Counted from the stretch's first letter, positions 9,402 through 19,695 are shown. The stretch: DNA of 64,000 nt from an uncultured Acidobacteriaceae bacterium (GCA_963746665.1 CAVVBW010000003.1:325022-389021); one strand, 5' to 3'. The notes: generated from the letters alone by a model not told the origin. Numbers and translations: made by a program.

Positions 9402-9923
9402 ATGTCAAACTTCCCCACTCCGCTTGAAGAAGTCATTCATCACAACGTCATTAAGAACAGCAAAACAGGCGGCCCGGCGCTGGATATCGGGCCTATGCAG
9501 TTGCTATGGAGGGCACTGGGAGAGAACACGGGCTACACCTTCTCCATTTATGAGACCACGGTCGTGCCGGGCATGGGTATTCCACTTCATAAGCACCCAT
9601 TTGCGGAGTTTTTCTATGTACTGGAAGGCACTCTGGCTATTGGGTCCTGGAACAGCCAGGGCGCCGCTGAGTGGAACGTGTATGAATCCGGCGAAAGCCT
9701 GGTGGTGCAACCCAATGCGCCTCACACATTCTCCAACAAGAGTGAGCATCCGTGCCGCATGCTGAGTGTTTCAACGTATCACCACGAGCGGATGATGAAG
9801 GATGCAGTGCAACCGGATGGCAGGACAGATTTCCTGCCTGCTCAACTCTCTCAGGCCGATTTTGTGAAGTTGACAAAGTCCATGGAAAAGAACCAGACAT
9901 TCCTTGTCGCAGACCATGCTTAG
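9402..9923 (+). CDS. cupin domain protein
   Basis: 173-aa ORF. GMGIPLHKHPFAEFFYVLEGTL ... PNAPHTF matches cupin motifs 1 and 2. Confidence 0.75.
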   Translation: MSNFPTPLEEVIHHNVIKNSKTGGPALDIGPMQLLWRALGENTGYTFSIYETTVVPGMGIPLHKHPFAEFFYVLEGTLAIGSWNSQGAAEWNVYESGESLVVQPNAPHTFSNKSEHPCRMLSVSTYHHERMMKDAVQPDGRTDFLPAQLSQADFVKLTKSMEKNQTFLVADHA

Positions 9924-9978
9924 CATGGGCCATCACTTGAGTTCACCTTTGAACTCCTTCATTCTAACTAAGGAGAAA

Positions 9979-10857
9979 ATGAGCATGTATTTAGTCATGG
10001 GCATTACTGGAAAAGTTGGGGGCGCCACCGCGCGGCATCTGCTGAAGCAAGGCAAACAGGTGCGAGCACTTGTGCGCAATCGTGAGAAAGCGGCGAAGTG
10101 GGCAGAGCAAGGCGTGGAGTTGGTGGATGGAGACTGGAACGACGCGACAGCCATAGCAGCGGCGCTCAAAGGTGTTGAGGGCGCGTTTGTTATGTTGCCG
10201 GCTGTATGGGCACCCTCGCCTGATTACAGAGAAGCAAAGGGCGTGATTGCGAACTATGTCGAGGCGCTGACCAAGGTAGTGCCCCCGAGGGTGGTAGCGC
10301 TCTCGTCGATGGGCGCGAATAGAACAAGCGGGGTGGGGATGATCACGGCCTTATCACTCTTGGAGCAAGGTTTTCGCAGCCTGCCATCTCCGGTCGCATT
10401 TGTGCGAGCAGGCGGCTTTTTCGAAAACCTTCTTTTCGGCTTACAGGCCGCCCAAGGCGGAACACTACCGGTCTTCTACAATCCTACAAACCGGAAATCG
10501 ACAATGGTCGCGTCAGACGACATCGGCGCAGAGGTGGCAACGCTTCTGACCGGGCCGGCGTGGTCAGGGCATCGCGTCATCGAGCTGGGTTCGATGGTAA
10601 GCGCGGATGAAGTGGCCGGACAATTGGGTGAAGTTCTGACACTCGACGTAAAAGCCTTTGCAGTCCCGCGTGCAGGGTGGGCGGAAGCATTCGAGCAGTT
10701 CGGCATCCCGAAGGGCCACACTGGACCTGCTGAAGAAATGTTTGAGAGCGTTAACGCGGGATGGATGGACCTCGGAATCACGGGTACGGAGCACGTAGCG
10801 GGTACGACGTCCGCACGCGATGTGTTTGCGGCTGCACAGAACGCCGTCAAGGCGTAA
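9979..10857 (+). CDS. NmrA-family NAD(P)-binding protein
   Basis: ORF 9904-10857. AAGGAG precedes ATG 9979 and ATG 9985; the second has better spacing. YLVMGITGKVGGATARHLL is the Rossmann motif. Confidence 0.8.
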   Translation: MSMYLVMGITGKVGGATARHLLKQGKQVRALVRNREKAAKWAEQGVELVDGDWNDATAIAAALKGVEGAFVMLPAVWAPSPDYREAKGVIANYVEALTKVVPPRVVALSSMGANRTSGVGMITALSLLEQGFRSLPSPVAFVRAGGFFENLLFGLQAAQGGTLPVFYNPTNRKSTMVASDDIGAEVATLLTGPAWSGHRVIELGSMVSADEVAGQLGEVLTLDVKAFAVPRAGWAEAFEQFGIPKGHTGPAEEMFESVNAGWMDLGITGTEHVAGTTSARDVFAAAQNAVKA

Positions 10858-10881
10858 ATCCGGGGCAAGCCGAATCAGACC

Positions 10882-11412
10882 TCACTCGAGGGGCATTTCC
10901 ATGAAGACATTGGCCCGGCTGTAAGGCATCGGCGGAAGAGCCTCAGGATTCACATGCCTGAATCCGATAGATTCGTACAAGTGGACTGCATCTGCAAGCT
11001 TGCTGTTGCTGCCGAGGAAAAGAGATCTTGCGCCGATGATCCTGGCTTGGGCAATAACGTGGTGAAGCAAGCGACGCCCCAAACCTCTGCCGCGCAAGCG
11101 CGGAGAAACCGCCATTTTGGAAAGTTCGTAGACTCCGTTGCCCATGGGGATAAGCGCAACGCACCCTACGGCTTCGTCGCCGGCATACGCCATGAAGATA
11201 TGGCCCCCCTTGAGGAGGACTGAGTTCGCAGGATCGTTCAACGTCTCGCGATCTTTGGCCTCAAGAGTGAAATAGCGGGTAATCCACTCTTCATTGAGCG
11301 TGCGGAATGCGGTCATATCGTCGCCGGGCGAGAGCGAGCGAATTTCAATCGATGCAGGAGTGTAGATTGAGCCCTGAGGATCGACCGGAGATATGGGGTG
11401 CGTGGTGTCCAT
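10882..11412 (-). CDS. GNAT family N-acetyltransferase
   Basis: 176-aa ORF. AcCoA-binding context VSPRLRGRGLGRRLLHHVI (Q/RxxGxG/A). Confidence 0.85.
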   Translation of the reverse strand: MDTTHPISPVDPQGSIYTPASIEIRSLSPGDDMTAFRTLNEEWITRYFTLEAKDRETLNDPANSVLLKGGHIFMAYAGDEAVGCVALIPMGNGVYELSKMAVSPRLRGRGLGRRLLHHVIAQARIIGARSLFLGSNSKLADAVHLYESIGFRHVNPEALPPMPYSRANVFMEMPLE

Positions 11413-11493
11413 GGACTACCTCTGAAGAATACTGTGCCTGCTTCTATTCATGACGTCCAATATCTTGTTTCAATCGATTAAGATCTATGCAAT

Positions 11494-12390
11494 ATGGATC
11501 GCGACCTCGAGATTCGGCACCTCCGCTACTTTGTAGCGGTTGCAGAGGAACTGCACTTCGGTCGCGCCGCCAAGCGGCTGCATGTGTCGCAACCGCCCCT
11601 GTCGCAGCAGATCCGCAGACTCGAGCAGATTCTCGGCTACGCGTTGTTTGTGCGCACTTCACGCTCAGTGGCTCTGACCGCCGCCGGAGAGGCCTTTCTT
11701 GAGCGCGCACGCCGCACGCTCCGCAACGTACAGCGCGATATCGATGAGACGCGAAGCATCGGCCAGGGCGAGGTCGGGTCACTGAACATAGGATTCGTAG
11801 GTTCAGCTGTACTGGCGGGCCTGCCTCGAATCCTCAGAAACTATCGCGAGGCCTTTCCGCGAGTACAGATGCGCCTCTATGAGTCGTTCACATCACGCGT
11901 GACGGAGGGGTTGGAAAACGGAACGCTCGATGCGGGCATATTGCGCGATGGCGATGCGCGGGAAACGCTGAGCGTCATGCCGTTGTTCACCGAACCGTAT
12001 GTCGCTGTGCTTCCGGCGGCACATGCGTGCGCGGGGCAGAAGAGCATCTCGCCAATGGTCTTGAAAGATGAACCGTTCATCTATTTCCCGCGTACCGCCG
12101 GAGCCCGTGCTTTTGAGAAGCCGCTCGCGTTGTTTGAAGAGCATGGCTTTCGGCCTCAGATCGTGCAAGAAGCATCCAACTGGTTGACCATTTTGAGCTT
12201 GGTAGGAGTTGGCCTCGGCGTGTCGGTCGCACCGGCTTGCGTGCGGCGCCTTGCGTCTCCAGAAGTTGCGTGCATTCCCCTGCGGGGGGCCAAAGTCTTA
12301 AGCACAATTGAACTGGCATGGATGGCCGGAGATGCGCGTCCGATCGTGAAACGATTCGTCCAGCTTGCCTCCAACGCATTGGCAGGATGA
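11494..12390 (+). CDS. LysR family transcriptional regulator
   Basis: N-terminal HTH LRYFVAVAEELHFGRAAKRLHVSQPPLSQQIRRLEQ. 298 aa. Divergent from the GNAT gene. Confidence 0.9.
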   Translation: MDRDLEIRHLRYFVAVAEELHFGRAAKRLHVSQPPLSQQIRRLEQILGYALFVRTSRSVALTAAGEAFLERARRTLRNVQRDIDETRSIGQGEVGSLNIGFVGSAVLAGLPRILRNYREAFPRVQMRLYESFTSRVTEGLENGTLDAGILRDGDARETLSVMPLFTEPYVAVLPAAHACAGQKSISPMVLKDEPFIYFPRTAGARAFEKPLALFEEHGFRPQIVQEASNWLTILSLVGVGLGVSVAPACVRRLASPEVACIPLRGAKVLSTIELAWMAGDARPIVKRFVQLASNALAG

Positions 12391-12566
12391 AGCACCGCAC
12401 GGTTGTCCTATCGGCGCATGGTTGGCACGAGGAGCTAACGAAATGCTTCGGACACCAATAGCTACGTAATCCGTTGTATCTTGATGACAAATTGCGGAGG
12501 CGCAAATTTACCGTCAGGGAGATGAATTCTGGGGTTCCGGATGTATCACCGCCTATCCGTCAGTTA

Positions 12567-15416
12567 CTACTGCGGGTCTCTCACCAGCTTGCCATTGATA
12601 TCCCGAACCTCGACCGGCCCGAGCCCCGCATCCTTCAATTGCGGCTCTATCTTCGCGCGATCGCCCGCGGCCACGATGATTAGCTGGTCGGGATACACAT
12701 CCTCCTTGGCCACCCGCTCCACGTCTGCCGCTGTGACCGCCTCGTACTTGGCAGGCAGCGTGGCATAGTAGTCCAGCGGCCGTTCGTAGAGGAAGATCGA
12801 CGTCATCGAACGTGCAATCGCGGACGAGGTCTCGAACTGCCCCGGCAGCGACTGAATGCGCGCCACCTTGGCCTCGTTCAGCTCAGCCTCGGTCGGCGGG
12901 TTCGACGGGAACTTTCGGATCTCGCCCATCAGCTCCTTCGCCGCCGGCCCCGTCACATCCGTCCGCATCAGCCCACCGGCGACAAACAGTCCGCCCGCGC
13001 GATAGTTCTGGTAGTCCGAGTTCGCGCCGTACGTGTACCCATGCACTTCGCGCAGGTTCATGTTGATGCGGCTCGCAAAGCTGCCGCCCATCACGTAGTT
13101 CATCACCTGCAGCGTCTGCAGATCGGGCGAGCCTGCCGAGACGCCAATGCCAAACACCTCCAGCGCCGTCTGCGGAGCTCCCGGCTTGTCCACGATCACC
13201 ACATGCGTTGGCCCAGGCGTGGGAGCGGGCGGCAGCGTAATCGCCGCCGAAGCCTTGCCCGTCCAGCCGCCGAAGTACTGCTCGGCCAGTTTCTTCGCCT
13301 CCGCCGGCGTCACGTCGCCCACCAGCACCAGTGCGGAGTCCGCTGGTCCATAGTGGTTCGCGTAGAAGCTCGTCACATCATCGCGCGTCAGGCCGGTCAC
13401 ACTGTCCGTCGTGCCCGTCTGCGACAACCCATACGGCTGCTCACCATAAAGCAGCTTCGGTCCAACCCGGTTAACCATCGATCGAACCGAGTCCGTCTCC
13501 TGCTGGATACCGATCAACCGCTGCGCCCGTAACCGGTTGAGATCCGCATCGTTGAATGCCGGATGCTGCAACACATCCGCGAACAGGTCGAACGCCTCAT
13601 GCGTATGGTTGGTCAGCACCGTCAATCCGGAGCTCGCACCGTCCATCGACGCGCCGACACGCACCGTGATGCCGATCCGCTCCTGCGCATCCGCCAGCGT
13701 CTTCAGGTCGCGCGTCTTGGTCGCCTCGCCCATAGTCTGCGCTATCAACGACGCCAGGCCTTCGTTGCCCGTCGTGTTGTTCTCGCTTCCCGCGCGCGTC
13801 ACAAACGAAGCCGAGAGAACCGGCAGCGAATGTTCCGGAACCACATACACCTTCATCCCATTGGCCAGCGTAAACGTCTCTGGCACCGGCAGATGCACCT
13901 TCACCGGCGGACCGGCCTTCGGCACCTCTTTGCGCCATGCCTGCGACGCCTCAAACTCCGGCGTATACGGGTTCGTGATCTTCACATCCGCATCCGTATC
14001 GTCCGGGCTGCGCGGTACGTCGTTCAGCACTTTGTTGCCCGGCACGCAGTACACCACCACAGCTGAGTCCTTGGTTAGATACTTCACTGCCGCGGCCTTG
14101 GTGCCGGCCACGCTCACAGCCTCACTCATCGCGATGTCCTTCGGCAGGAAGCCAGGATCACCGGTGTACTGGTTGTACTCATCGAGCGTGTCTGCCACGC
14201 CGCCAAAGCCACCCAAACGCTGCAGACCGGTGATCTTCTCGGTCAGCTCGCGTGCTTTCGCCGCCTCAACCTCTTCCGCCGTCGGCCCATCGGTCTGCAG
14301 CTTCGCGAGCTCAGCCCAAACCGTCGCCTCCAGATCCTCAAGCTTGACGCCGGGCTTGGCCGTCACAATACACCGCGCGGTCCCGTTCAGCATGTTGGGG
14401 CGTGCATAGCAGCTCACGCTCTGCGCGACCTGAGTCTTATAGACCAACGCCTGGTCCAACCGGCTGGCCTTCGCCCCACCCAGCGCAAACATCGCTGCTC
14501 CGATGTCGTACGCGCCTGGCGTATAGGCCGGCGGCGTCAGCCACGCAATCGTCAACTGCGGCAGCTTCACTGTATCGGTCACCGTCTGGCGTCGCTGCGA
14601 CGTGATCGGCGGCGTCACTACCGTGACCGGATCAACCTTCGGCCCTGACGGGATCGGCCCAAAGTACTTGGTCAGCAGTTCCTTCAGCTTCACGGGATCG
14701 AAGTCACCTGCAATCGCAATCGACGCATTGTTCGGCGTGTAGAACTGCTGGTGAAAGTCCCGAATATCCGCAATGCGCGCCGCTTCGATATCCGCGTGCG
14801 AGCCAATCACATCGCCGTAGTACGGATGATCCTTCGGATACAGCAGGTGCGCCACGGCCTCCTCCGCAGCCGCATACGGCCGGCCCTCACCCTGCCGACG
14901 CTCGTTGCGCACTACGTCGCGCTGGTTGGTCAGCAGCTTGCGGTCCAGGCCTTCAATCAGAAAGCCCATACGATCGCTCTCCAGCCACAGCCCCAGCTCA
15001 AGCTGATTCGCCGGCAGTGTCTCAAAGTAGTTCGTCCGGTCGAAGGCCGTCGTTCCGTTCACATCCGTCGCGCCCGCGCCCTGCACATACTTGATGTGCG
15101 CCTTCTCTCCAACGTGCTCCGACCCCTCAAACATCATGTGCTCGAACAGGTGCGCAAACCCTGTCTGCCCCGGCCGCTCATTCAGCGGCCCCACGTGATA
15201 CCACAGGTCGACCGCCACCAGCGGCAGCCGATGATCCTCATGGGTAATAACCTTCAGTCCATTGGACAGCGTATAGGTCTCATACTTCAATTCCGGCAGC
15301 TTCAGCTTGCCATTTGCCTTCGCCTGCGCTGCCATCGGCAGCGGAACGGTTGACATCGCCATCACGCTCATGGCCATCGCCGTAAGTGTCCAACTTCTAA
15401 ACCCACTCATCTTCAT
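12567..15416 (-). CDS. secreted fused M16 (pitrilysin/insulinase) zinc peptidase, two M16 units in one chain
   Basis: ORF 12567-15440. The start is probably ATG 15416 or GTG 15419, downstream of GAGGAG. Signal peptide MKMSGFRSWTLTAMAMSVMAMS..AAQA. Inverted zinc motif HLFEHMMFEGSEH. About 950 aa, with a second inactive-type half. Confidence 0.85.
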   Translation of the reverse strand: MKMSGFRSWTLTAMAMSVMAMSTVPLPMAAQAKANGKLKLPELKYETYTLSNGLKVITHEDHRLPLVAVDLWYHVGPLNERPGQTGFAHLFEHMMFEGSEHVGEKAHIKYVQGAGATDVNGTTAFDRTNYFETLPANQLELGLWLESDRMGFLIEGLDRKLLTNQRDVVRNERRQGEGRPYAAAEEAVAHLLYPKDHPYYGDVIGSHADIEAARIADIRDFHQQFYTPNNASIAIAGDFDPVKLKELLTKYFGPIPSGPKVDPVTVVTPPITSQRRQTVTDTVKLPQLTIAWLTPPAYTPGAYDIGAAMFALGGAKASRLDQALVYKTQVAQSVSCYARPNMLNGTARCIVTAKPGVKLEDLEATVWAELAKLQTDGPTAEEVEAAKARELTEKITGLQRLGGFGGVADTLDEYNQYTGDPGFLPKDIAMSEAVSVAGTKAAAVKYLTKDSAVVVYCVPGNKVLNDVPRSPDDTDADVKITNPYTPEFEASQAWRKEVPKAGPPVKVHLPVPETFTLANGMKVYVVPEHSLPVLSASFVTRAGSENNTTGNEGLASLIAQTMGEATKTRDLKTLADAQERIGITVRVGASMDGASSGLTVLTNHTHEAFDLFADVLQHPAFNDADLNRLRAQRLIGIQQETDSVRSMVNRVGPKLLYGEQPYGLSQTGTTDSVTGLTRDDVTSFYANHYGPADSALVLVGDVTPAEAKKLAEQYFGGWTGKASAAITLPPAPTPGPTHVVIVDKPGAPQTALEVFGIGVSAGSPDLQTLQVMNYVMGGSFASRINMNLREVHGYTYGANSDYQNYRAGGLFVAGGLMRTDVTGPAAKELMGEIRKFPSNPPTEAELNEAKVARIQSLPGQFETSSAIARSMTSIFLYERPLDYYATLPAKYEAVTAADVERVAKEDVYPDQLIIVAAGDRAKIEPQLKDAGLGPVEVRDINGKLVRDPQ

Positions 15417-15608
15417 CACGCTGGAACGCTCCTCGTACACCGTACTGGGCCGTCAGGCGCTTACTACTCAAATGAACCGATACCAAATAGACGTCGCGAC
15501 CCCGCAGAAGTTTATCGCGATGTCGTCCTTGACAGAGAACGGGCGCTGGAGGCGGCGCTCTCCTTTCCTGGGAGCGTTTTCATTTCAATTCTCCCTGACC
15601 CATTTTTC

Positions 15609-17033
15609 TCAACCCTTCTCCAAAGCTGCGCGGCATTCCCGCTCAAGCATTGCCAGCAATTGTTCCATGTGCTCGTTGCGAGTGCGGAAGTTTACAGGAT
15701 TGATCCGGAACCATGTCTTTCCTTTGAGTTCGGTCGTCGAGATCCAGAATTTCCCGCTCTGCTCAACCCTCCTCGCCACCTCCGCATGCAACCTCTTCCC
15801 ATCGGCGTCGTTCAGGCCGGCAACGCTATACCGAATACAGATCGCGGACATCGGCGGATTGCTTGCCGCTTCGAACTCAGGGTGGCTCACGGCCAGCGAA
15901 TGGAGATGCCTTGCCTGCCGCACATTGTTGTCAACCCACGTACCGATCTGGCGGGCGCCATAGCGCTTGAAGCTCATCCAGACCTTCAAGCCGCGGAACC
16001 GCCGCGACTGCTCAAAGCCATGCACATAGTACTGGTAGCGTTCGTTCGCAGGGTCGAACTCGTCCGTGAGGTAGGAGGGCCTCATGCCAAACGACGCCGT
16101 GAGCCGCCGTTCGTCCTTTACCAGCAACGCTCCCGCGTCCAAGGGCGCATAGAACCACTTGTGAGGGTCAATCGTAACGGAGTCCGCCAATTCCAGACCG
16201 CGGTCACGCATTGAAAATTCGTTCGACAACAGCATTCCTCCGCCATAAGCGGCGTCGACATGGAGCCACATCTCTTCTCGATCGGCGATCCGTCGCAACT
16301 CGCGGATTGGATCCACAGCGCCCGTATTTGTGGTCCCGAAAATCCCGACGATGCACATCGGACGAATGCCCCTTCTGCGATCCTCCTCAATTGCAGCCTC
16401 TAGCGCGTCGAGGCGCACGCGAAACTCCGCATCGGTGGGCAGAGCCCGCAGTGCCGTCCGGCCCAGACCCACGGCATCCACCGCTTTGTCGACCGAAACA
16501 TGCCGCTCTTCCGACGTGTACACCGCCCAGGGTTCACGAATTCCGTCATGTTGGGCGCGATCGCCGGAAGTCCGGTCACGCCCGAGCTTCAGCCCAATAA
16601 AATTGGCCATCGTGCCGCCGCTGGTGAGGTTGCCGCCCGCTTCCGGACCGTAGCCGGCAAGGTCGGTAAGCCAGCGAACCGTCCTGCGCTCGATTGCGAC
16701 CGCGGAGGGGCCGATGGAATATGCGCCCACATTCTGGTTAAGCGCGGAGCAGATGAAATCCGCAACGACGCCGGCCGGGTTTGGCGAAGGCGTAATCAAC
16801 CCCATATAGCCGGGGTGTCCGACGTGGGTGCAAAAGGGCAGAAGCTTCTCCTGAAGTTCCTTGAGCACGTTCTCCGCGGGGCTCGACCTTTCCGGTAACG
16901 GCTCGTCAAAGAGCTTGGCCAGCAACGCCGGCTCGACATCCGGAAAGACCGGCTTTTCTTCGATCTGCTCGAAGTATTTCGCCAACATATCGACGACCTG
17001 ATGTCCCATCTCGCGAAACTCTTGCGCGTCCAT
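15609..17033 (-). CDS. PLP-dependent group II amino-acid decarboxylase (substrate not assignable)
   Basis: 474 aa. PLP-lysine context SVTIDPHKWFYAPLDAG. The overall pattern matches the aromatic-L-amino-acid / diaminobutyrate decarboxylase family. Confidence 0.85.
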   Translation of the reverse strand: MDAQEFREMGHQVVDMLAKYFEQIEEKPVFPDVEPALLAKLFDEPLPERSSPAENVLKELQEKLLPFCTHVGHPGYMGLITPSPNPAGVVADFICSALNQNVGAYSIGPSAVAIERRTVRWLTDLAGYGPEAGGNLTSGGTMANFIGLKLGRDRTSGDRAQHDGIREPWAVYTSEERHVSVDKAVDAVGLGRTALRALPTDAEFRVRLDALEAAIEEDRRRGIRPMCIVGIFGTTNTGAVDPIRELRRIADREEMWLHVDAAYGGGMLLSNEFSMRDRGLELADSVTIDPHKWFYAPLDAGALLVKDERRLTASFGMRPSYLTDEFDPANERYQYYVHGFEQSRRFRGLKVWMSFKRYGARQIGTWVDNNVRQARHLHSLAVSHPEFEAASNPPMSAICIRYSVAGLNDADGKRLHAEVARRVEQSGKFWISTTELKGKTWFRINPVNFRTRNEHMEQLLAMLERECRAALEKG

Positions 17034-17047
17034 GTGTCACTCCAGCA

Positions 17048-17701
17048 TCAGGCATATTGAAAAGGCCTGTGTTTTCCGCTCTTCCAAAAGTACGCGAGGA
17101 TGATCACGCTCGCGATCGCCGCGTAGGCGCACCATAGCGACGTGAACGCGTATCTCTTCACCGCCATCACGACCAGCAGAATCGTCAGGTTCGCCACCCC
17201 AAAGATCACCATGTCCGTTATCTCCGAGAACAAGAGCGAGCCGCATGTTGCGATGACATACAGGATCGCCACGGCAGTATGGTTCGTGGCGGGGTTGATG
17301 TACACGATGCTGTTGCCTCTGACGAAAACCTGCAACGGATAGGCTGTCAGAGCCCACAGGATAAAAAGAGCGGTCAAGGTTCCAACGATCAGGAACGGTA
17401 GCATACGCCTGCGGCTCCTAACGTTGGGTTCGAACAGCAGCACGCTCAATGGCAGCAGAAATGGGAGCAGACCCTGCGCGTACAACATGAATGCGGCGCC
17501 CATGTCGTGAGTAACCGCGGGTGAGAGTACCCCATCCAGCCCTAGCCAGACGAACCCCTCGATGAATTGGTGAACGGCAAAGAGCGCGGGGAGCGATGCA
17601 AAAAGCAGTTCGCGCCGGTGCTTCACCTTCGTCAGGGTCACGACTCCGATCGTGCCCAACACTCCGCTGCCGGTAAAATTTGCCACCGCTGAAAAGCACA
17701 C
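17048..17701 (-). CDS. polytopic membrane protein (DUF6629-like), upstream partner of the decarboxylase
   Basis: GTG start gives MCFSAVANFTGSG. Six or seven hydrophobic segments. The stop lies 14 nt before the decarboxylase start on the same strand. Confidence 0.7.
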   Translation of the reverse strand: MCFSAVANFTGSGVLGTIGVVTLTKVKHRRELLFASLPALFAVHQFIEGFVWLGLDGVLSPAVTHDMGAAFMLYAQGLLPFLLPLSVLLFEPNVRSRRRMLPFLIVGTLTALFILWALTAYPLQVFVRGNSIVYINPATNHTAVAILYVIATCGSLLFSEITDMVIFGVANLTILLVVMAVKRYAFTSLWCAYAAIASVIILAYFWKSGKHRPFQYA

Positions 17702-17846
17702 GTGTCATTTTTCTCCGCTGTGCCTTCCCATCATAGTCAGTCGACAGTGAGCTGTCAGTTCAACTGATTCGCTTGAGTTCGAAGCGATATGCTTTCGACA
17801 GGCTCTATATCTAAAGTCACTACGCGGCGGTAGAGGAAACGAACGT

Positions 17847-18947
17847 ATGGCTATTAAAAACTCACATGTCGGCGTGTACACCTTGGTCGCGATAGCGCTC
17901 TTTGCTTTCAACCTATCGGCGGATGCGCAGCAGGTGCCGTGGCAAGTCGATCCCGTCCCAAATATCCTCCATCAGGATGTGTCCTTCTCGAACGGCGATG
18001 CGCGCCTGGCGGGCACGCTTTACCTGCCTGCCCTCGGAGATCATCTGCCTGCGGTGGTCGTACTGCAGGGTGCGGACGTGCCAACGCGGGAGTATGCGCT
18101 TTACCGTCATCTTAGCGAAGGGTTGCCGGCAATAGGCATCGCCGTCCTCATCTACGATCGCCGTGGCAGCGGCGCCTCGTCGGGCACGCTCAATGGCGCT
18201 AGCTACGAGGTGCTTGCCGACGATGCCATCGCGGGCGCAAAAGCCATCGGTCGCAATCCCCGCATCGATCCGAATCGGGTCGGTTTCTGGGGACTGAGCC
18301 AGGGGGGCTGGCTCGCGGTGCTCGCCGCCGGGCGTGACCGTAATGCTGCTTTCGCGGTTTCGGTCTCGGCGCCCCTGGTGACGGCGTCGCGGCAGATGTA
18401 TTTTGCCGTTGCCGACGACCTGCGGGTCAATGGCTACTCTGCTCAGGACATCGATGCGGCAACCAAGACTCGTGACGCATGGGAGGGCTACTTGCGCGGA
18501 ACGCGAAGCCGCGAAGATGCTATTCGTGCGCTCACCGCCGTTGAGAACAAGCCATGGTTTCATTTGACCTTCATGCCGAAAGCAAAGGAGCTGGCCGCGA
18601 CACCGAAAGAATCGACCTGGAGGCTGCAGATGGATGACGACCCCATGCGCGCGGTCGGCCAGGTCTCGGCGCCTCTTCTCTTGATCTACGGTGGCCGGGA
18701 TCCGTGGATACCGGTCGGCACGACGATTGCGATGTTGCGCGAACAGTCGAAGAACCAGCGGAACCTCGAATATAAGGTGATCGCGAACGCCAGCCACGAG
18801 ATGAGCTTAGGGAAATCGGAGACGATGGCATTCGACAAGCAGACTCTTCTGGCCTCGGCCCCCGACGCACCCGCATACTTTCTCGTCCTGGCGAGCTGGC
18901 TCGCAACCCATGCCTATAGCGGACCGAACGCTCCCCGGCCAAAGTGA
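17847..18947 (+). CDS. secreted alpha/beta hydrolase (S9/dienelactone hydrolase-like)
   Basis: Signal peptide MAIKNSHVGVYTLVAIALFAFNLSADAQ. Nucleophile elbow FWGLSQGGWLA. C-terminal ...NASHEM supplies the catalytic His context. Confidence 0.8.
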   Translation: MAIKNSHVGVYTLVAIALFAFNLSADAQQVPWQVDPVPNILHQDVSFSNGDARLAGTLYLPALGDHLPAVVVLQGADVPTREYALYRHLSEGLPAIGIAVLIYDRRGSGASSGTLNGASYEVLADDAIAGAKAIGRNPRIDPNRVGFWGLSQGGWLAVLAAGRDRNAAFAVSVSAPLVTASRQMYFAVADDLRVNGYSAQDIDAATKTRDAWEGYLRGTRSREDAIRALTAVENKPWFHLTFMPKAKELAATPKESTWRLQMDDDPMRAVGQVSAPLLLIYGGRDPWIPVGTTIAMLREQSKNQRNLEYKVIANASHEMSLGKSETMAFDKQTLLASAPDAPAYFLVLASWLATHAYSGPNAPRPK

Positions 18948-18993
18948 CACCAGCACCGGCGAAAAAATGGGGAAATAACTAAGGAGAGGATCT

Positions 18994-19174
18994 AGCCTGC
19001 CTTTCTCACCAGGTGTCGTCGCGAGGCGGGGGAGAAGGCCGTGGATACAAGGCGTGCGACGGTCGGCGCGCGCAGGCGTACTTGGACAGTACGTTGAGCA
19101 CGGCGGCCGAGCGCAACGCAGTAGACGCGGCCTTATCGGCCGCCGCAGTAGATAGCTGGTGAGAAAGGCAGGCT
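18994..19174. repeat. 19-bp perfect inverted repeat pair enclosing 143 bp
   Basis: AGCCTGCCTTTCTCACCAG (18994-19012) is the exact reverse complement of CTGGTGAGAAAGGCAGGCT (19156-19174). Confidence 0.9.
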
Positions 19175-19287
19175 CTACGGTAATCCGGCCTGCCCTTCGT
19201 CGGCCCGCACGATCCCTCTTCCTGGTCGGCGCTCGACCGGAAGGTCGTATGGCTCTCGGGCTCCGCCGGTGACAAGATCACGCCATT

Positions 19288-19566
19288 ATGCGAATGAATA
19301 TTCGTGCCCGGATGCCCAAGCAGTTTTCCCAGGATTTTCGTACGGTTCCCCTCTCCGTCACCCTTGAAACAGCCCGCGGCCTGCGCGCCAACTATCAGCG
19401 CTCGACCACGGCCCAGGAGCTTCTTGAGATGTTGGACAAGCGCACCGACCTGAATTCCGCGGACTTGGACCGGTTCCGCCAAGAACTGAGATTGGCCAAA
19501 GACGCCAAGCTTACCGATGTGGAAATGAGCGAAGAGCTCTTGGGATCGCTTGGCTTCTTCGTTTAG
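19288..19566 (+). CDS. hypothetical small protein (92 aa)
   Basis: Open frame with GC-rich third positions (about 70% by eye). No recognisable domain and no clear SD, so this is a weak call. Confidence 0.35.
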   Translation: MRMNIRARMPKQFSQDFRTVPLSVTLETARGLRANYQRSTTAQELLEMLDKRTDLNSADLDRFRQELRLAKDAKLTDVEMSEELLGSLGFFV

Positions 19567-19695
19567 ACCATTTGCACCATTTGCATCACTTCTGCTGCTT
19601 CTCTCGCCGGCGCCAGGTTTCCGTCTCACACTCGATCTGCCGCCGCGCCCCTTTCTCCACTTCCCATCTGCCGGGTTCCTAGCAAGAATGTAAAT

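Noticed and set aside
19006-19629. 207-aa minus-strand ORF across the 18.95-19.7 kb spacer.
   Set aside because: The composition is not protein-like, GC3 is only moderate, and no motif was found. It spans both arms of the 19-bp inverted repeat and is antisense to a better-looking plus-strand frame (19288-19566).
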